From a virus (Duplodnaviria; Caudoviricetes): a DNA stretch of 53,831 bases. Within the stretch, counting starts at the first letter, position 1. Every line of letters begins with the position of its first letter. Positions 34,948 to 45,520 of the stretch are shown here, piece after piece. The notes beneath the pieces are model-generated. The model ran no database searches. It saw only the letters and a program-made list of their open reading frames with translations, and was not told the origin of the DNA. The stretch lies in the IMG/VR virus record IMGVR_UViG_3300028735_000012, positions 1 to 53,831 of that record. One strand, written 5' to 3'. Both the position numbers and the translations under genes were made by a program.

Positions 34948-36396
34948 ATGTCGCGCAAGCGTGCTTGGTACGAACCGCAAGCGCCGGGGTCAACTCTCCG
35001 GCGCTTGCGCCGTCGTGTTGATCGATTGGAAGCCAAGGCACGCCAAGAGCCGATCCGCGAAGTGCCTCCCCTGGATCAATGGCTTGACCAAGTAAGCCCT
35101 GAGTATCGCTGGGACTGGCCACATCTGGTCTATCTCCGCGAACGGCTTCTTGCCCTGCACCGGGGCGACATTCATAGGCTGGCCATCTTTATGCCGCCCA
35201 GACACATGAAAACGTCCCTATCTACTCAGCGGTTTCCGATCTGGTGTCTGGAACAAGATTTACGCTTTCGCATTATTCTTGGAGCGTACAACCAAACGTA
35301 TGCTGAAGAAATGTCGGGCGAGATGCGCAAAATCGCTCGCAGACGGTTTGCGCTCGCCAGAGATAAGCAGGCAGTGAAATCGTGGAAAACGGTCCACGGC
35401 GGTGGTGTGCGTGCTTGCGGAGTCGGCTCTCCGCCAACCGGGCAAGGGGCCAATTTGCTGGTGATTGACGACCCGATCAAAAGCAGCGAAGAGGCCGAAA
35501 GCCCGACTCTGCGCGAGAAAGTCTGGGCGTGGTATTCAAAGGATCTGCTGACCCGCGTTGAGCCGGGCGGTCGTATCCTGCTTATCCTGACTCGCTGGCA
35601 CACGGACGACTTGGCCGGACGTATCCTCAACAGCGAAGATGCCCCTAATTGGACCGTAGTACGGCTGCCCGCAATCGCCGAAGAGAACGACCCCCTGGGC
35701 CGTGCTCCGGGCGAAGCATTGTGTCCTGAACGATACCCCCTCGAGACGCTGGAGTCTCGGCGTCGCGACATGGGCGACTATGCGTTCCAATCCCTCTATC
35801 AACAAAATCCCACACCGCGTTTGGGCAATTTGTTCAAACTCGCTTGGTTCAATCAGTTCACGCGAACTATCCCTGCCGGATCAGCCTTTGTGCGGTATTG
35901 GGATAAAGCGGGCACAGCGGGCGGCGGTTGCTACACGGCAGGTGTACTCATGGCTCGCGACAAAGATAAACATTTCTATATCGTTGACGTGCGCCGTAAG
36001 CAATTGGATGCGGCTGAGCGTGAGGCATGGATTCTCTCGACCGCGCATGAGGACAAACAAAAGTGGGGCCGCGTCGAGATCGGTATTGAGCGTGAAGGCG
36101 GATCCGGCGGTAAGGAATCAGCGAGGGCTACTATTCGCATGCTCGCCGGCTTTCCCTGTTTTGAAGATTGTCCCACAGGCAGCAAAGAGGCACGGGCTGA
36201 ACCGCTAGCCTCTCAGTTTGGCGGCGGTAATGTGTGGTTTTACGCACCAGATGGCGTAGCACCGCCGTGGTATTCCATGTTTCGTGATGAGGCCCTTGCA
36301 TTCCCGCGTGGCAAATATTTAGACATGGTTGATGGTGCTAGTGGCGCTTTTGCACGGCTTAATATGGGCAATCAAAGCCCACGGATCTTGCTGTAG
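34948..36396 (+). CDS. terL: Terminase large subunit
   Basis: MPPRHMKT, LVIDDP, TRWHTDD, YQQNP, YWDKA, DMVD. Confidence 0.95.
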   Translation: MSRKRAWYEPQAPGSTLRRLRRRVDRLEAKARQEPIREVPPLDQWLDQVSPEYRWDWPHLVYLRERLLALHRGDIHRLAIFMPPRHMKTSLSTQRFPIWCLEQDLRFRIILGAYNQTYAEEMSGEMRKIARRRFALARDKQAVKSWKTVHGGGVRACGVGSPPTGQGANLLVIDDPIKSSEEAESPTLREKVWAWYSKDLLTRVEPGGRILLILTRWHTDDLAGRILNSEDAPNWTVVRLPAIAEENDPLGRAPGEALCPERYPLETLESRRRDMGDYAFQSLYQQNPTPRLGNLFKLAWFNQFTRTIPAGSAFVRYWDKAGTAGGGCYTAGVLMARDKDKHFYIVDVRRKQLDAAEREAWILSTAHEDKQKWGRVEIGIEREGGSGGKESARATIRMLAGFPCFEDCPTGSKEARAEPLASQFGGGNVWFYAPDGVAPPWYSMFRDEALAFPRGKYLDMVDGASGAFARLNMGNQSPRILL

Positions 36397-36428
36397 TCGT
36401 GAGTAGTTTTCTCACAAGGGGACTACCC

Positions 36429-37817
36429 ATGAAGCTATCTGCTATCGACCGTTGGCTCCTTTGGGGTGCCGACACGCTCCTGGGGCTGACTACCTTTGCG
36501 GCCAAGGCAATCGCTGGGCGAGGCGAACGTACCCTAGCAAGCCTATGGCCGTCGGGTATCGGCTATCCCGGCGGTTGGTCAAGTAATCGACTAGAGCAAG
36601 CACGACACTATCGACACTGGGTGTATGTCGGCGTGCGAGCAATCGCCAACGAAGTTGCGCGGGCCAAACCCCAGGTGTGTTTCCAACTATCGCCAGACGC
36701 GCAAAAGCAAGGCACAAACAAGCACTATTACACTGCCAACGCTGATTGGTCCCCACGATACAGCAACGCCTACACGCGATACTTCTACCAAAAGGCGCTC
36801 AACAATCAGCAGCAAGGGATGATGCTAGAGCCGGCTGCGCCGGATCACCCACTGGTACGCCTGCTAGCCAATCCCAACGGCCCAGACACAGGCTTTGATT
36901 TTTATTACGAATTGATTATGTTTTTATGCCTCACAGGTAACGGCTTTGTGTGGGTAGTGCCCAACGGGCTAGGATTGCCTGCGGAGCTTTGGGTGATCCC
37001 TTCGCACTGGGTGGTTCCGATTGCGGGTGACGATGGTTTGATTGCCCAGTATGCTGTGCGTCCTTTTGGTACAGGGGGCGGTCGAGGACAATTGCTAATT
37101 CCTGCCGAAGAAATTCTGCACGTTAAGGAGAAAAACCCGCTTAACAAAATTGACGGCATGTCACCTTTGCAAGCGGGTGCAGAATGGATCGACACTACGG
37201 AAAGTGTCACACGCAGTCAATGGGTACATTTTAAGGAAGGTGCATGGCCCGGGGTGCATATTAAAGTGCCCGGCGACCCTACAGACGAAGAGTTGGACCG
37301 AATTTATGCTCGCTTTATTTCCCGTTTTTCAGGCGAGCTAAATCACGGCAAGCCAATTGTTACGTCTCATGGGGCTGAGGTAAAGCGGCTCACGCATACG
37401 CCAATGGAAATGAATTACATCAATTCAGCGGCAGAACTTCGCGACTGCACGCTTGCCCTGCTAGGTGTGCCCAAAGGTGTCGTAGGGCTAGAGCCGGGTG
37501 GCGACAATATCTCCGCGTATGCTCCGCTACGGCAGTTTTGCCGCTTTACTATTTCGCCCATTCTGATGCGGTTGGGGGCAACTTTCACCGAAAAGCTAGG
37601 GACACGGTATCCTGGCAAGCCTATTGTTTGGTATGCCGATCCCACACCCGACGATCCGGCCCAGCTCAACGCCGACATTTCTACCGATTTTGCGTGCGGC
37701 GCCATTGACGCCGACGAAATTCGTGCCCTGCGTGGTCGGCCCCCTCGCAACTATGGCAACAACAACAGCAGAAGCCGTGTTGCCCGCCGCGATAGAGGGT
37801 TTGCTGCTGGAGAGTAG
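36429..37817 (+). CDS. Phage portal protein (HK97 family)
   Basis: WVYVGVRAIA, LLANPN, LTGNGF, EILH, GMSPL, LGVP. Confidence 0.9.
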   Translation: MKLSAIDRWLLWGADTLLGLTTFAAKAIAGRGERTLASLWPSGIGYPGGWSSNRLEQARHYRHWVYVGVRAIANEVARAKPQVCFQLSPDAQKQGTNKHYYTANADWSPRYSNAYTRYFYQKALNNQQQGMMLEPAAPDHPLVRLLANPNGPDTGFDFYYELIMFLCLTGNGFVWVVPNGLGLPAELWVIPSHWVVPIAGDDGLIAQYAVRPFGTGGGRGQLLIPAEEILHVKEKNPLNKIDGMSPLQAGAEWIDTTESVTRSQWVHFKEGAWPGVHIKVPGDPTDEELDRIYARFISRFSGELNHGKPIVTSHGAEVKRLTHTPMEMNYINSAAELRDCTLALLGVPKGVVGLEPGGDNISAYAPLRQFCRFTISPILMRLGATFTEKLGTRYPGKPIVWYADPTPDDPAQLNADISTDFACGAIDADEIRALRGRPPRNYGNNNSRSRVARRDRGFAAGE

Positions 37818-37840
37818 TTTCCCGAAAGAGGGGGTTCAGC

Positions 37841-39637
37841 ATGCAACTCATGAAACGAATTCGATCCCGAGCAAAGCAGGCAGGATTTGATGCTTGGTCA
37901 CGCAAGCATTCTGTAGCGATGCCGATTCCTGGCCGGCCCGGAACGCTGGCGTTCAAGGATGAATCGAGCAAGGGAGAAACCAACGACGCGGCTATGACCG
38001 CCAAATTTGTAATTTCGTCGGTAAATGCTGATCGGCACGGAGATATTGTTCGGCCAGAAGGGTGCAAAGAGACGCTCAAGACTTATCTAGAAAATCCAGT
38101 AGTGCTGCTCAACCACCAGCATCAAGGCAAACCAATCGCTACAGCACGTCAGCCAGACGGACAGGTTGCTCTGGAAATTACGCCCACACAGATCTTAAGC
38201 GTGGCGCATTTCTCCAACGCGAGCGACGAATCGCGGCAGGTGTACGCTCTTGTGAAAGAAGGGATTCTCTGCGGTGCGTCCATTGGCTTTCGAGCAAGGC
38301 TTGCTCGTCGTTTGCATGATCCCTACGCCGACAGCGAAGGCGATCTGTCATACGACATGATCAATTTTGAAGAAAATCAGTATGGATTAGAGTTTCTCAA
38401 ATGGGAACTTCTGGAATGGTCTATTGTAGGCGTTCCAGCTAATCCTGACGCGCTAGTGATTCAAACAGCTAACGATATTTTGAGCAAAGGTATGTTTGAT
38501 TCTCGCCCTTTAGCTTCGCGTGTTCGGTCTGTTTTGCAACCGCTGGCGCGACCGCGTCAGCTTTGGGAGACTTACATGACTAAATCCCTCAGCGCGCCCC
38601 TTGCGGGCACCCCAAAAACCTGGAAGCAGTTCGTCAAGGAACTCGAAGAAGGCGAAGCCCAAAAGGCTGTGCAGGCCCTGCTTGTGCCCAAAGACACTTA
38701 CCCCGAAGTCGCTGACGCAGCAGCCAAAGTGGACGAGCTGGGCCTCGATTCCAGCGATGTAGACGAGTACACCATTGAGGATACGTCCTACTGGGCGTTT
38801 ATCCAATTCGAGCCGGACCTTTGCTTGGCCGAGAGCGTTGAGCATGAAACGCTCGAAGGCGGCATGATTGCTGTGACTTGCGCTAAGGCTGAGGAAGACC
38901 AAGAAGAGAATAAAGGCTCTCGCGTTGCCAGTCGCAAGGAAGATGGCTCCGAATCTGAAGACGAAAGCAAGTCTATCAAGCGCAAGAGCGGCGCTTGTGG
39001 CACAAGTGTTTGTGCGTGCAAGAAACGCACAAAGACAAAGGATGCTGATGCGACGAGTCAGGATAACGACACAGACGACAAGCCCGTAGTGCCTGGCGTG
39101 GCTCTCGCCAAGGCAATTGCACATGTCCTCAACAAGCTAATGCCGCATCAAGAAAACCCCAAGGTCAAGGCGGCTTGCGTGAAGACGGTGAAAATTTGGA
39201 AGGGCGTCTGCGACACTGAGTATCCCGACGAAACCTTTGCTTGGCCTGAAGATGAATTGGCCGACGAGTTGAACGATGACGACGCTGAGGACGATGACGA
39301 AGAAACCAAAGATGACGACACAAACGACGAAGACGAAGAAAAGTCCAAGTCGCTCTTGTCGTGGCGAAAGATGAGCAAAAAGCGGCGGGCTGTATGCCGT
39401 GATGCCACCGACTGGATGGAAGAGCATGCAAAAGAACCCAACCTGACGCGGGCACAAAAAGCCGCGTGCAAGTATCATCACGCGGCTCTCAGCGCAATGT
39501 TGGCCGAGATGGAAGATACGCCTGATGAGGATGGAGGCGAGTTTGAGGCTCTGCTTGCCGAAGCGTTGGTTCCGATGGCTGAAAGCACCAAAAAAATGCA
39601 AGAGTCCTTTGCACGCCTGACAGGAGTTCGCGTGTAG
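37841..39637 (+). CDS. HK97-type prohead protease with long acidic C-terminal (scaffold-like) extension
   Basis: DRHGDIV, VLLNH, ASIGF, LLEWSIVGVPANPDA; Asp/Glu tracts. Confidence 0.88.
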   Translation: MQLMKRIRSRAKQAGFDAWSRKHSVAMPIPGRPGTLAFKDESSKGETNDAAMTAKFVISSVNADRHGDIVRPEGCKETLKTYLENPVVLLNHQHQGKPIATARQPDGQVALEITPTQILSVAHFSNASDESRQVYALVKEGILCGASIGFRARLARRLHDPYADSEGDLSYDMINFEENQYGLEFLKWELLEWSIVGVPANPDALVIQTANDILSKGMFDSRPLASRVRSVLQPLARPRQLWETYMTKSLSAPLAGTPKTWKQFVKELEEGEAQKAVQALLVPKDTYPEVADAAAKVDELGLDSSDVDEYTIEDTSYWAFIQFEPDLCLAESVEHETLEGGMIAVTCAKAEEDQEENKGSRVASRKEDGSESEDESKSIKRKSGACGTSVCACKKRTKTKDADATSQDNDTDDKPVVPGVALAKAIAHVLNKLMPHQENPKVKAACVKTVKIWKGVCDTEYPDETFAWPEDELADELNDDDAEDDDEETKDDDTNDEDEEKSKSLLSWRKMSKKRRAVCRDATDWMEEHAKEPNLTRAQKAACKYHHAALSAMLAEMEDTPDEDGGEFEALLAEALVPMAESTKKMQESFARLTGVRV

Positions 39638-39710
39638 TAGGATCGCGAATGTAGTTTCTTAGTATACCCTGCTGGCGCGGCCAGCATCACCAACTGTGGG
39701 AGTGGATTAT

Positions 39711-41006
39711 ATGAGCAAGACAAACAGTACGCCGCCCAGCGCCGCGATTGACTATCTCAAGACGCTCGGCGAAGAGATGAAAAAGCTAAACATCCGTCTA
39801 GAAAAGGCGGCTCTTCCGGCGAGCAAGGCAACCAGCACGCTCAGTGGCAAGAGTGTCGCCGGAGTGAGCGGGCAGGAACTCAACAAGGGGTTCAGCGTCG
39901 AGGGCAATACGGTCATCGCCCCGGACGGCTCTCGCATGCCGCTGACCAAAAGCAAGGCTATCGGTTGGGGCGAGTACCTGAAAGATCTGCACCGGGCTTG
40001 CTCGGCTCCGTTGTCGGACGAGAGCCAAAAGCTGATGGAAAAGCACGGCAGCGTTTTTGCTAAGGATCTGTCAGCCCAGGGGGGTTCGACCGGTGGCTAC
40101 ACGATCCCGCCGCAGTTTGTGGCAACGCTGCTTTCGGTTGCGGCAGAATACGCGCACATCCGGCCCCTGGCGACCATCATGCCGATGGCCTCTAAGACGC
40201 TTCAAGTTCCTGCACTGGACTTAACTTTTGGTCAAAACGGTCGCTCTCCCTTTTTGGGTGGCGTGCAAGCGGCATGGACTGAAGAAGTTGCCGAAAAGGC
40301 CGAGAGTGAACCGGCTTTCAAGCAAGTAGACATGGAAGCGCATGAACTGACGCTGATTTGTAATACCAGTAACGTGCTGGTACAAGATTCGGCTCTAACG
40401 CTTGACGCGGTATTGACTAGTCTATTTGGTATGGCTATTGCCTGGTACGAAGACTTTGCGTTTCTGCGGGGTGACGGTGTTGGCAAACCGCAAGGCATGC
40501 TGGGTTCTCCCTGTGCTGTGGGTGTCAATCGTGGCACGGCGACGACTTTCCGGCTTGTGGACGTGGCCAACATGTGGTCGCGACTCTTGGCACCAAGCAT
40601 GAGCCGCGCGGTCTGGATCGTCAGCCAGAGCGTGATTCCGCAACTGATTCAACTCCAAGGTGCCAACGGTGATGTGGTGTTCATCCCGAACTATGGTGGC
40701 GCGGCTCCCGGCCAGGGCGGTATCACAATGGCTATGCCCGGCACTCTGTTGGGCCGACCGGTGATCGTGACTGAGAAACTTCCGCCCTTGGGCACTCCGG
40801 GCGACGTGATGCTGGTTGATCCAACCATGTACCTGATCGGCGACCGCATGGAAATGGCTCTGGAGGCTAGTCCACACGCTCGCTTTACTCGCAATCAGAC
40901 GGTGTGGCGTGCAATTAAGCGCGTAGACGGCCAGCCTTGGATGACGGCTCCGGCCACGCTGGCTGACGGCGTAACCACAGTTAGCCCGTTTATCTTCCTG
41001 AACTAA
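39711..41006 (+). CDS. Major capsid protein (HK97 fold)
   Basis: GGYTIPPQF, GDGVGKPQG, TLLGRPVIVTE, RVDG. Confidence 0.92.
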   Translation: MSKTNSTPPSAAIDYLKTLGEEMKKLNIRLEKAALPASKATSTLSGKSVAGVSGQELNKGFSVEGNTVIAPDGSRMPLTKSKAIGWGEYLKDLHRACSAPLSDESQKLMEKHGSVFAKDLSAQGGSTGGYTIPPQFVATLLSVAAEYAHIRPLATIMPMASKTLQVPALDLTFGQNGRSPFLGGVQAAWTEEVAEKAESEPAFKQVDMEAHELTLICNTSNVLVQDSALTLDAVLTSLFGMAIAWYEDFAFLRGDGVGKPQGMLGSPCAVGVNRGTATTFRLVDVANMWSRLLAPSMSRAVWIVSQSVIPQLIQLQGANGDVVFIPNYGGAAPGQGGITMAMPGTLLGRPVIVTEKLPPLGTPGDVMLVDPTMYLIGDRMEMALEASPHARFTRNQTVWRAIKRVDGQPWMTAPATLADGVTTVSPFIFLN

Positions 41007-41091
41007 ACATCCGCCCGATTCCTGCTTGTGCTTGAAGCAAATAGCAATCAAACATGAGCAGGTTTCACTAACCAACCAGAGGAATTGAGAC

Positions 41092-41523
41092 ATGAGCAGT
41101 AGTTGGCCTAGCGAAAAGATCGGGTTGGTAGCAAAGCTCGCCCCGGTCAATGGCAACAATGCGGCGACACCGACGACTGTATTCCACGCCCGTCATTTTC
41201 ATGAATATATGGCGATTCTGCAAGTGGGCGTGATTGATCAAGCGGTCGATTTTAAGCTCCAGTGTAGCGATGCCCAGAACGGCACCTACACGGACATTCC
41301 CGGCAAAGCAATCACCCAAATTCCTGCTACGGGCGATGGCACGGAGCGGGTGATCGACCTTCTCACGGAAGAGATCCCTGTTGGTCGGCCTTGGATTCGT
41401 GCATTAGTGACAGTAGGCAACGGCACTTCGTCGCTGGTAAGCGTGATCGTGCTGGGCGTGCGTCCGCGTGTTGGTCCGGCCAGCGACAACGACATGGCGA
41501 CTGTGGGCCAGATTGTCCGCTAA
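41092..41523 (+). CDS. Putative capsid decoration/cement protein
   Basis: Beta-rich 143-aa ORF right after MCP; KLQCSD...YTDI. Confidence 0.55.
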   Translation: MSSSWPSEKIGLVAKLAPVNGNNAATPTTVFHARHFHEYMAILQVGVIDQAVDFKLQCSDAQNGTYTDIPGKAITQIPATGDGTERVIDLLTEEIPVGRPWIRALVTVGNGTSSLVSVIVLGVRPRVGPASDNDMATVGQIVR

Positions 41524-41530
41524 TTTTTTA

Positions 41531-41577
41531 GGCTCACCCGGCCTGCCAACTTTGGGGCCGGGTGGGTTGGCCCTTTT
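41531..41577 (+). terminator. Putative terminator after head genes
   Basis: ggctcacccggcc...ggccgggtgggtt stem then cctttt. Confidence 0.45.
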
Positions 41578-41603
41578 GCACAGTTTCACAGCGAGCAAAG
41601 ATT

Positions 41604-41927
41604 ATGGCAAAAACCAAGCGTGAACAAGCAAATGATGATCCAGTTGCTTACCTCAAAGCGGCGGGATGGCGGCAGCTGAGTATCGAGGAGCGTCCAAGCA
41701 TTGGCCGCTGCTGGATTCAGCCGCCTCAAGAGCAAAACGCACAAGCGTTTCGTGAGATTGAGCTACCGCCGCTGAAACGAGGCGGTCGTCCGCGTATCGT
41801 CCGGCAGCACATTGTGCAACCGCAAGGGACGTGGTACTTCACGTTGGAAGAGGCCGTTGCGGCACAGTTACAGGCAGATGCTCTTGCGGCTCAGCGGCTG
41901 GCAGCCAAAAGCAATACGCCTGAATAA
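41604..41927 (+). CDS. Hypothetical protein
   Basis: ORF in structural operon. Confidence 0.5.
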   Translation: MAKTKREQANDDPVAYLKAAGWRQLSIEERPSIGRCWIQPPQEQNAQAFREIELPPLKRGGRPRIVRQHIVQPQGTWYFTLEEAVAAQLQADALAAQRLAAKSNTPE

Positions 41928-41953
41928 TCTATGACCGCTTACGGGAAAAATCT

Positions 41954-42670
41954 ATGACTTTGGCCACGGTCGAGCGATTGCAGGTCAGTCTTGGAGTTTC
42001 TGACTCCAAGGTAGCTGCACTAGATCTCGCCGTGGCAGCAGCCAACCGAGCTGTACTCACTTTTTGCAAGCGGGAGTTTGTACGCACGACGCGAACGGCG
42101 TATCTTTCCGGCACCAATCGTCCAGAGTTGCTTTTGCCTCAGCGGCCTGTGATTGCAATTACTGGCCTGTGGCTGGATTCGAAAGGCTACTACGGCAAGG
42201 GGCCGAACGCTTTCTCGGCCAACACGCAACTTACCGAGGGCGTGCATTATGTGCTGCGCTACGATGACCCTTCGGGAGCAATGCGATCGCTTTCGGGAAT
42301 TGTCGAGCGATTAGGCGGCACGATGGCAGGTGTAGGTTCGCATTCGTGGTGGCCTTCGACAACGGCGGGTGCAGGGGGTGATCTGGCTTTTGCTGCTAGG
42401 CCCGGTTGGCCCGCCGGACGAGGCAACATCAAGGTCACTTACGAATCAGGCTACGACCCGATTCCAGACGACCTCATCAGTGCAGCTGAGCAGATTGCCG
42501 TGTGGATCTATCGCACATTACCTAATGGCGGCATGCCGATGCAAGCTGAGTCCTACGAAGAGTATTCATATACGCAGGCGGTCAACATGCTCAATTCGGG
42601 CGAGCCGATTCTTGGTAGTGCCCGGCAGATTTTGCTGCGCTACCGCGAAGTGCAAGTGTTTGCAGGTTAA
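41954..42670 (+). CDS. Head-tail adaptor (gp6-like)
   Basis: LATVERL, FCKREF, NIKVTYESGY..IPDDL, ILLRYR. Confidence 0.8.
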   Translation: MTLATVERLQVSLGVSDSKVAALDLAVAAANRAVLTFCKREFVRTTRTAYLSGTNRPELLLPQRPVIAITGLWLDSKGYYGKGPNAFSANTQLTEGVHYVLRYDDPSGAMRSLSGIVERLGGTMAGVGSHSWWPSTTAGAGGDLAFAARPGWPAGRGNIKVTYESGYDPIPDDLISAAEQIAVWIYRTLPNGGMPMQAESYEEYSYTQAVNMLNSGEPILGSARQILLRYREVQVFAG

Positions 42671-42708
42671 CCCATTCTTCGCCCACTGTCCCTTGGGGAG
42701 GCATTGAC

Positions 42709-43044
42709 GTGGAAATTCAATCCAGCTTGCAAGCAAGCCAGCCAACACAAGCCATTCTTGTGTTCACCTGCAACAATTCTGAATTTGGCGATATGACCTA
42801 TGACGAAAAACGGGATATCGTGCGTGAGGAGTTGGGACGAGTGTTTCCACATTTGCCGGTGGCTGTAATGCCACCAGGTGTGAGCTTGAAATTTGTCGAT
42901 AGCGTGAGCGGCGAGGACGCTACCCAGGAACGATGCAAAGCGGCGTTGGGAAGCCCGGAAGACGACGAGTTAGACGATTTGGAAGATGATGATTACGACG
43001 ACGAGGACGATTACGAAAAGGGCAGGGTGCCTCATGCTGGATGA
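42709..43044 (+). CDS. Hypothetical acidic-tailed protein
   Basis: GGAGG RBS plus GTG. Confidence 0.5.
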   Translation: MEIQSSLQASQPTQAILVFTCNNSEFGDMTYDEKRDIVREELGRVFPHLPVAVMPPGVSLKFVDSVSGEDATQERCKAALGSPEDDELDDLEDDDYDDEDDYEKGRVPHAG

Positions 43045-43429
43045 TGATCGTCTGCGTGATGTCTGGGAACGAGTGTTACCCCGTCCTGAACCAATCACCT
43101 TTTTTTCGCGGCGTTCAGGCAGCAACCAAAACCTGTTTCACGAGTACCAAATTCCGCGTGCTAAACGCAAGCGTCTCAACGAAGAGCAGATTGCCAACCT
43201 CAAAGGCGCGTACCTAGCTAGTCGTTATCGCGTTTGGCAAATCTGGTTGGAGAGCTTGCAAGCGGCCACGGCAGTCAGTGGGGCACCCTTGCCTGTGCCG
43301 GAACCTAAGGTCAATGATCTATTCCGTGATCGCGATGGCATCGAATGGATTGTTGAAGACGTAATTATCAAGCTTCAAGCCAACGAATCGCCACAAGTGC
43401 GCAACTATCTCTGCATCCGCAAGATTTGA
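43034..43429 (+). CDS. Putative head-closure protein
   Basis: Position; PKVNDLF...WIVEDV pattern. Confidence 0.5.
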   Translation: MLDDDRLRDVWERVLPRPEPITFFSRRSGSNQNLFHEYQIPRAKRKRLNEEQIANLKGAYLASRYRVWQIWLESLQAATAVSGAPLPVPEPKVNDLFRDRDGIEWIVEDVIIKLQANESPQVRNYLCIRKI

Positions 43430-43923
43430 GAATATTTATGGATTCGATGAATCTATGCTTGGATGTTCTGACTACGCTTTGCTCGGGGCTGATGCTCGAA
43501 GTGGGGCCTGTGGATCCGTTTACCGGACGGGCTGAGAGCGTGACGGTGCAGCGGCGCAAGCTTCCCGGTGTCGGCGAGCGGCTGGATACGGTGCCGCTGT
43601 TGGCCATCTGTCCTGATGAGAGGCAACCTGAGCGAGTGCCATGGGATAGCAGGCCCAGCATGAAGCGCACTTGCGTGATCACGCTGGGGTTGGTGGCCAA
43701 GGGCAATCGCGACCCGATCACGGCCCAAGAACAGTATCCAGTGATCCTCAGCAAAATTGCCAACCTGGTTGCGCATCCGCGCACCCTGCGGGGGCTGATT
43801 CCTGGCTATTTGATGGGCCGCATGCGGGAAGAGACCAACTTCAACCGCGCAGCCTACGCCGAAGGCTACGATTATCTGATTCTCAAGGTGGAACTTGAAA
43901 TCATCGAAGCGTTGACGCTTTAG
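43426..43923 (+). CDS. Putative tail terminator/completion protein
   Basis: Position and size. Confidence 0.45.
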   Translation: MRIFMDSMNLCLDVLTTLCSGLMLEVGPVDPFTGRAESVTVQRRKLPGVGERLDTVPLLAICPDERQPERVPWDSRPSMKRTCVITLGLVAKGNRDPITAQEQYPVILSKIANLVAHPRTLRGLIPGYLMGRMREETNFNRAAYAEGYDYLILKVELEIIEALTL

Positions 43924-43955
43924 AGAGTAGTTTCTTAGCAAAGGGGGAACCAGAC

Positions 43956-44516
43956 ATGGCACCGCTTAATGGATTTACACTTGACGCTCGGTTGTCGATC
44001 ACCGGAAATGCTGTCATCAATGGCCAGGGCACGGGTGCTGGGGTAAGCATTCCGGCAACACGCAAACCTATCAATTTTTCGCTGGATTCGTTGCTGTCGC
44101 AAGCGATTGCAAACAATGCTGCGGGCGGCGGCAACCAATTTTACGCCGACATTGTGGATGTCACTGCTGGTGGAACGGCCACGCTCGACCTGCAATCGTT
44201 CACGGACTATTTAGGCCGTTCGGGTGGCGTTTTTGCACGCATCAAGAAGATTGGCTTTTGTCTGCTGCCCGCAAATAAGGGCGGCACGGCGGCTAGCCAA
44301 ATCACGATTGGTGACAGTGGCACCAACGGCAACACCCTGTTTACTGGGGCCAAGGCTCACACACTGATCCTGACCAATGGTCGTGTGATTTGGTGCGATG
44401 ATGTTTCGGCAAGCGGAATTACCGTAAATGCCTCAAATAAAGACGTACTCATCACCAACAACGACAATGCAGTCGCGGCTAAAGTGTTGGTGATCATTGC
44501 AGGCGGGGAATCGTAG
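43956..44516 (+). CDS. Virion structural protein
   Basis: Gly/Thr/Asn-rich beta protein in tail operon. Confidence 0.5.
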   Translation: MAPLNGFTLDARLSITGNAVINGQGTGAGVSIPATRKPINFSLDSLLSQAIANNAAGGGNQFYADIVDVTAGGTATLDLQSFTDYLGRSGGVFARIKKIGFCLLPANKGGTAASQITIGDSGTNGNTLFTGAKAHTLILTNGRVIWCDDVSASGITVNASNKDVLITNNDNAVAAKVLVIIAGGES

Positions 44517-44565
44517 CCCCTCTTGGATTTTTCTTTTGACACTATCTCCATGAGGAGTAGCGATC

Positions 44566-45021
44566 ATGGCACAATTAGCTGGATTCAACGCACAAGTGGA
44601 TATTGACGGTATTCCCTACACCGTAAGCGAATATCGAATCGATGACGAGACGCCGGCGTTGGAAACAACCAACTCTGAGGCGGTGCGTGGCGATGGTAGC
44701 GTGGACCCGGTGGGGGCCGGATATGCTACCAACACGTCCGGCGTGTCTCAGGCCAAAGTGATGCTTAAAACGGCAACATTTGATGATACGAACGATATTT
44801 TTGCTGCACCACTTAGCATTGCGTCAGCAAATGTAGTGGCAGTGTTAATTTACCCTGACGGTCGCGCGGCGGGATTGCCTCACTCTTTCCCGATGTTGCG
44901 GCTGACCAAAGTAACGCCCGAAGGTCAGTCTAACGGCCTACAGCCGATCACGATTGAGGGCGTGACGGATGGCAGCTATTTCTTGCGCAATCAGGATGGT
45001 GTGGGCCGACTTTCGCGGTAA
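44566..45021 (+). CDS. Putative tail tube protein
   Basis: GAGGAG RBS; ETTNS...TSG pattern; precedes chaperone pair and tape measure. Confidence 0.55.
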   Translation: MAQLAGFNAQVDIDGIPYTVSEYRIDDETPALETTNSEAVRGDGSVDPVGAGYATNTSGVSQAKVMLKTATFDDTNDIFAAPLSIASANVVAVLIYPDGRAAGLPHSFPMLRLTKVTPEGQSNGLQPITIEGVTDGSYFLRNQDGVGRLSR

Positions 45022-45061
45022 GGTCAGCCGGTAACACCCCAACTTGAGACGAGGAGTAGCC

Positions 45062-45520
45062 GTGGAACAGCCGATGGAATTCGAGTTTGAGGGGCGCATT
45101 TACAAAATCGGGCGGCGGACGTTCGAGGTGGAGGATCTCTTTCGGCGTTGGCTGGAGCGCAACGCCTTGCTGGCCCTGCAACGGCATGCTGACGCCATAA
45201 ACCCGGTCCAGTACCAACAGCAGATGGACAATTGGGTACGCGACTGTGCCGCTGAGATTTACGACTTCGAGGGCTACCACTCGATGATTGCCCAAACCAG
45301 CCGCACGGGACAAAAGGAGCTTGCCTATCTCACGTTGGGTGCGTTTAACCGCGAGGCCCCGGTGCGTCGTGACGTGATCGAGCGACTGGTGGCCAATCCG
45401 GCCAAGTGGGCTGAATTTTGTGCCATTCAGCGGGCCGTGAATGCGGACCCAAACTCGTCAGCCCCCGAGACACCAAAAACGGAAGCGGGGGCAAGCGAGA
45501 GCAGCAACGTCAACGTTTAA
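45062..45520 (+). CDS. Tail assembly chaperone (G-like)
   Basis: GAGGAG RBS plus GTG; FEFEGRIYKI; slippery C-CCA-AAC at 45448-45454. Confidence 0.65.
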   Translation: MEQPMEFEFEGRIYKIGRRTFEVEDLFRRWLERNALLALQRHADAINPVQYQQQMDNWVRDCAAEIYDFEGYHSMIAQTSRTGQKELAYLTLGAFNREAPVRRDVIERLVANPAKWAEFCAIQRAVNADPNSSAPETPKTEAGASESSNVNV

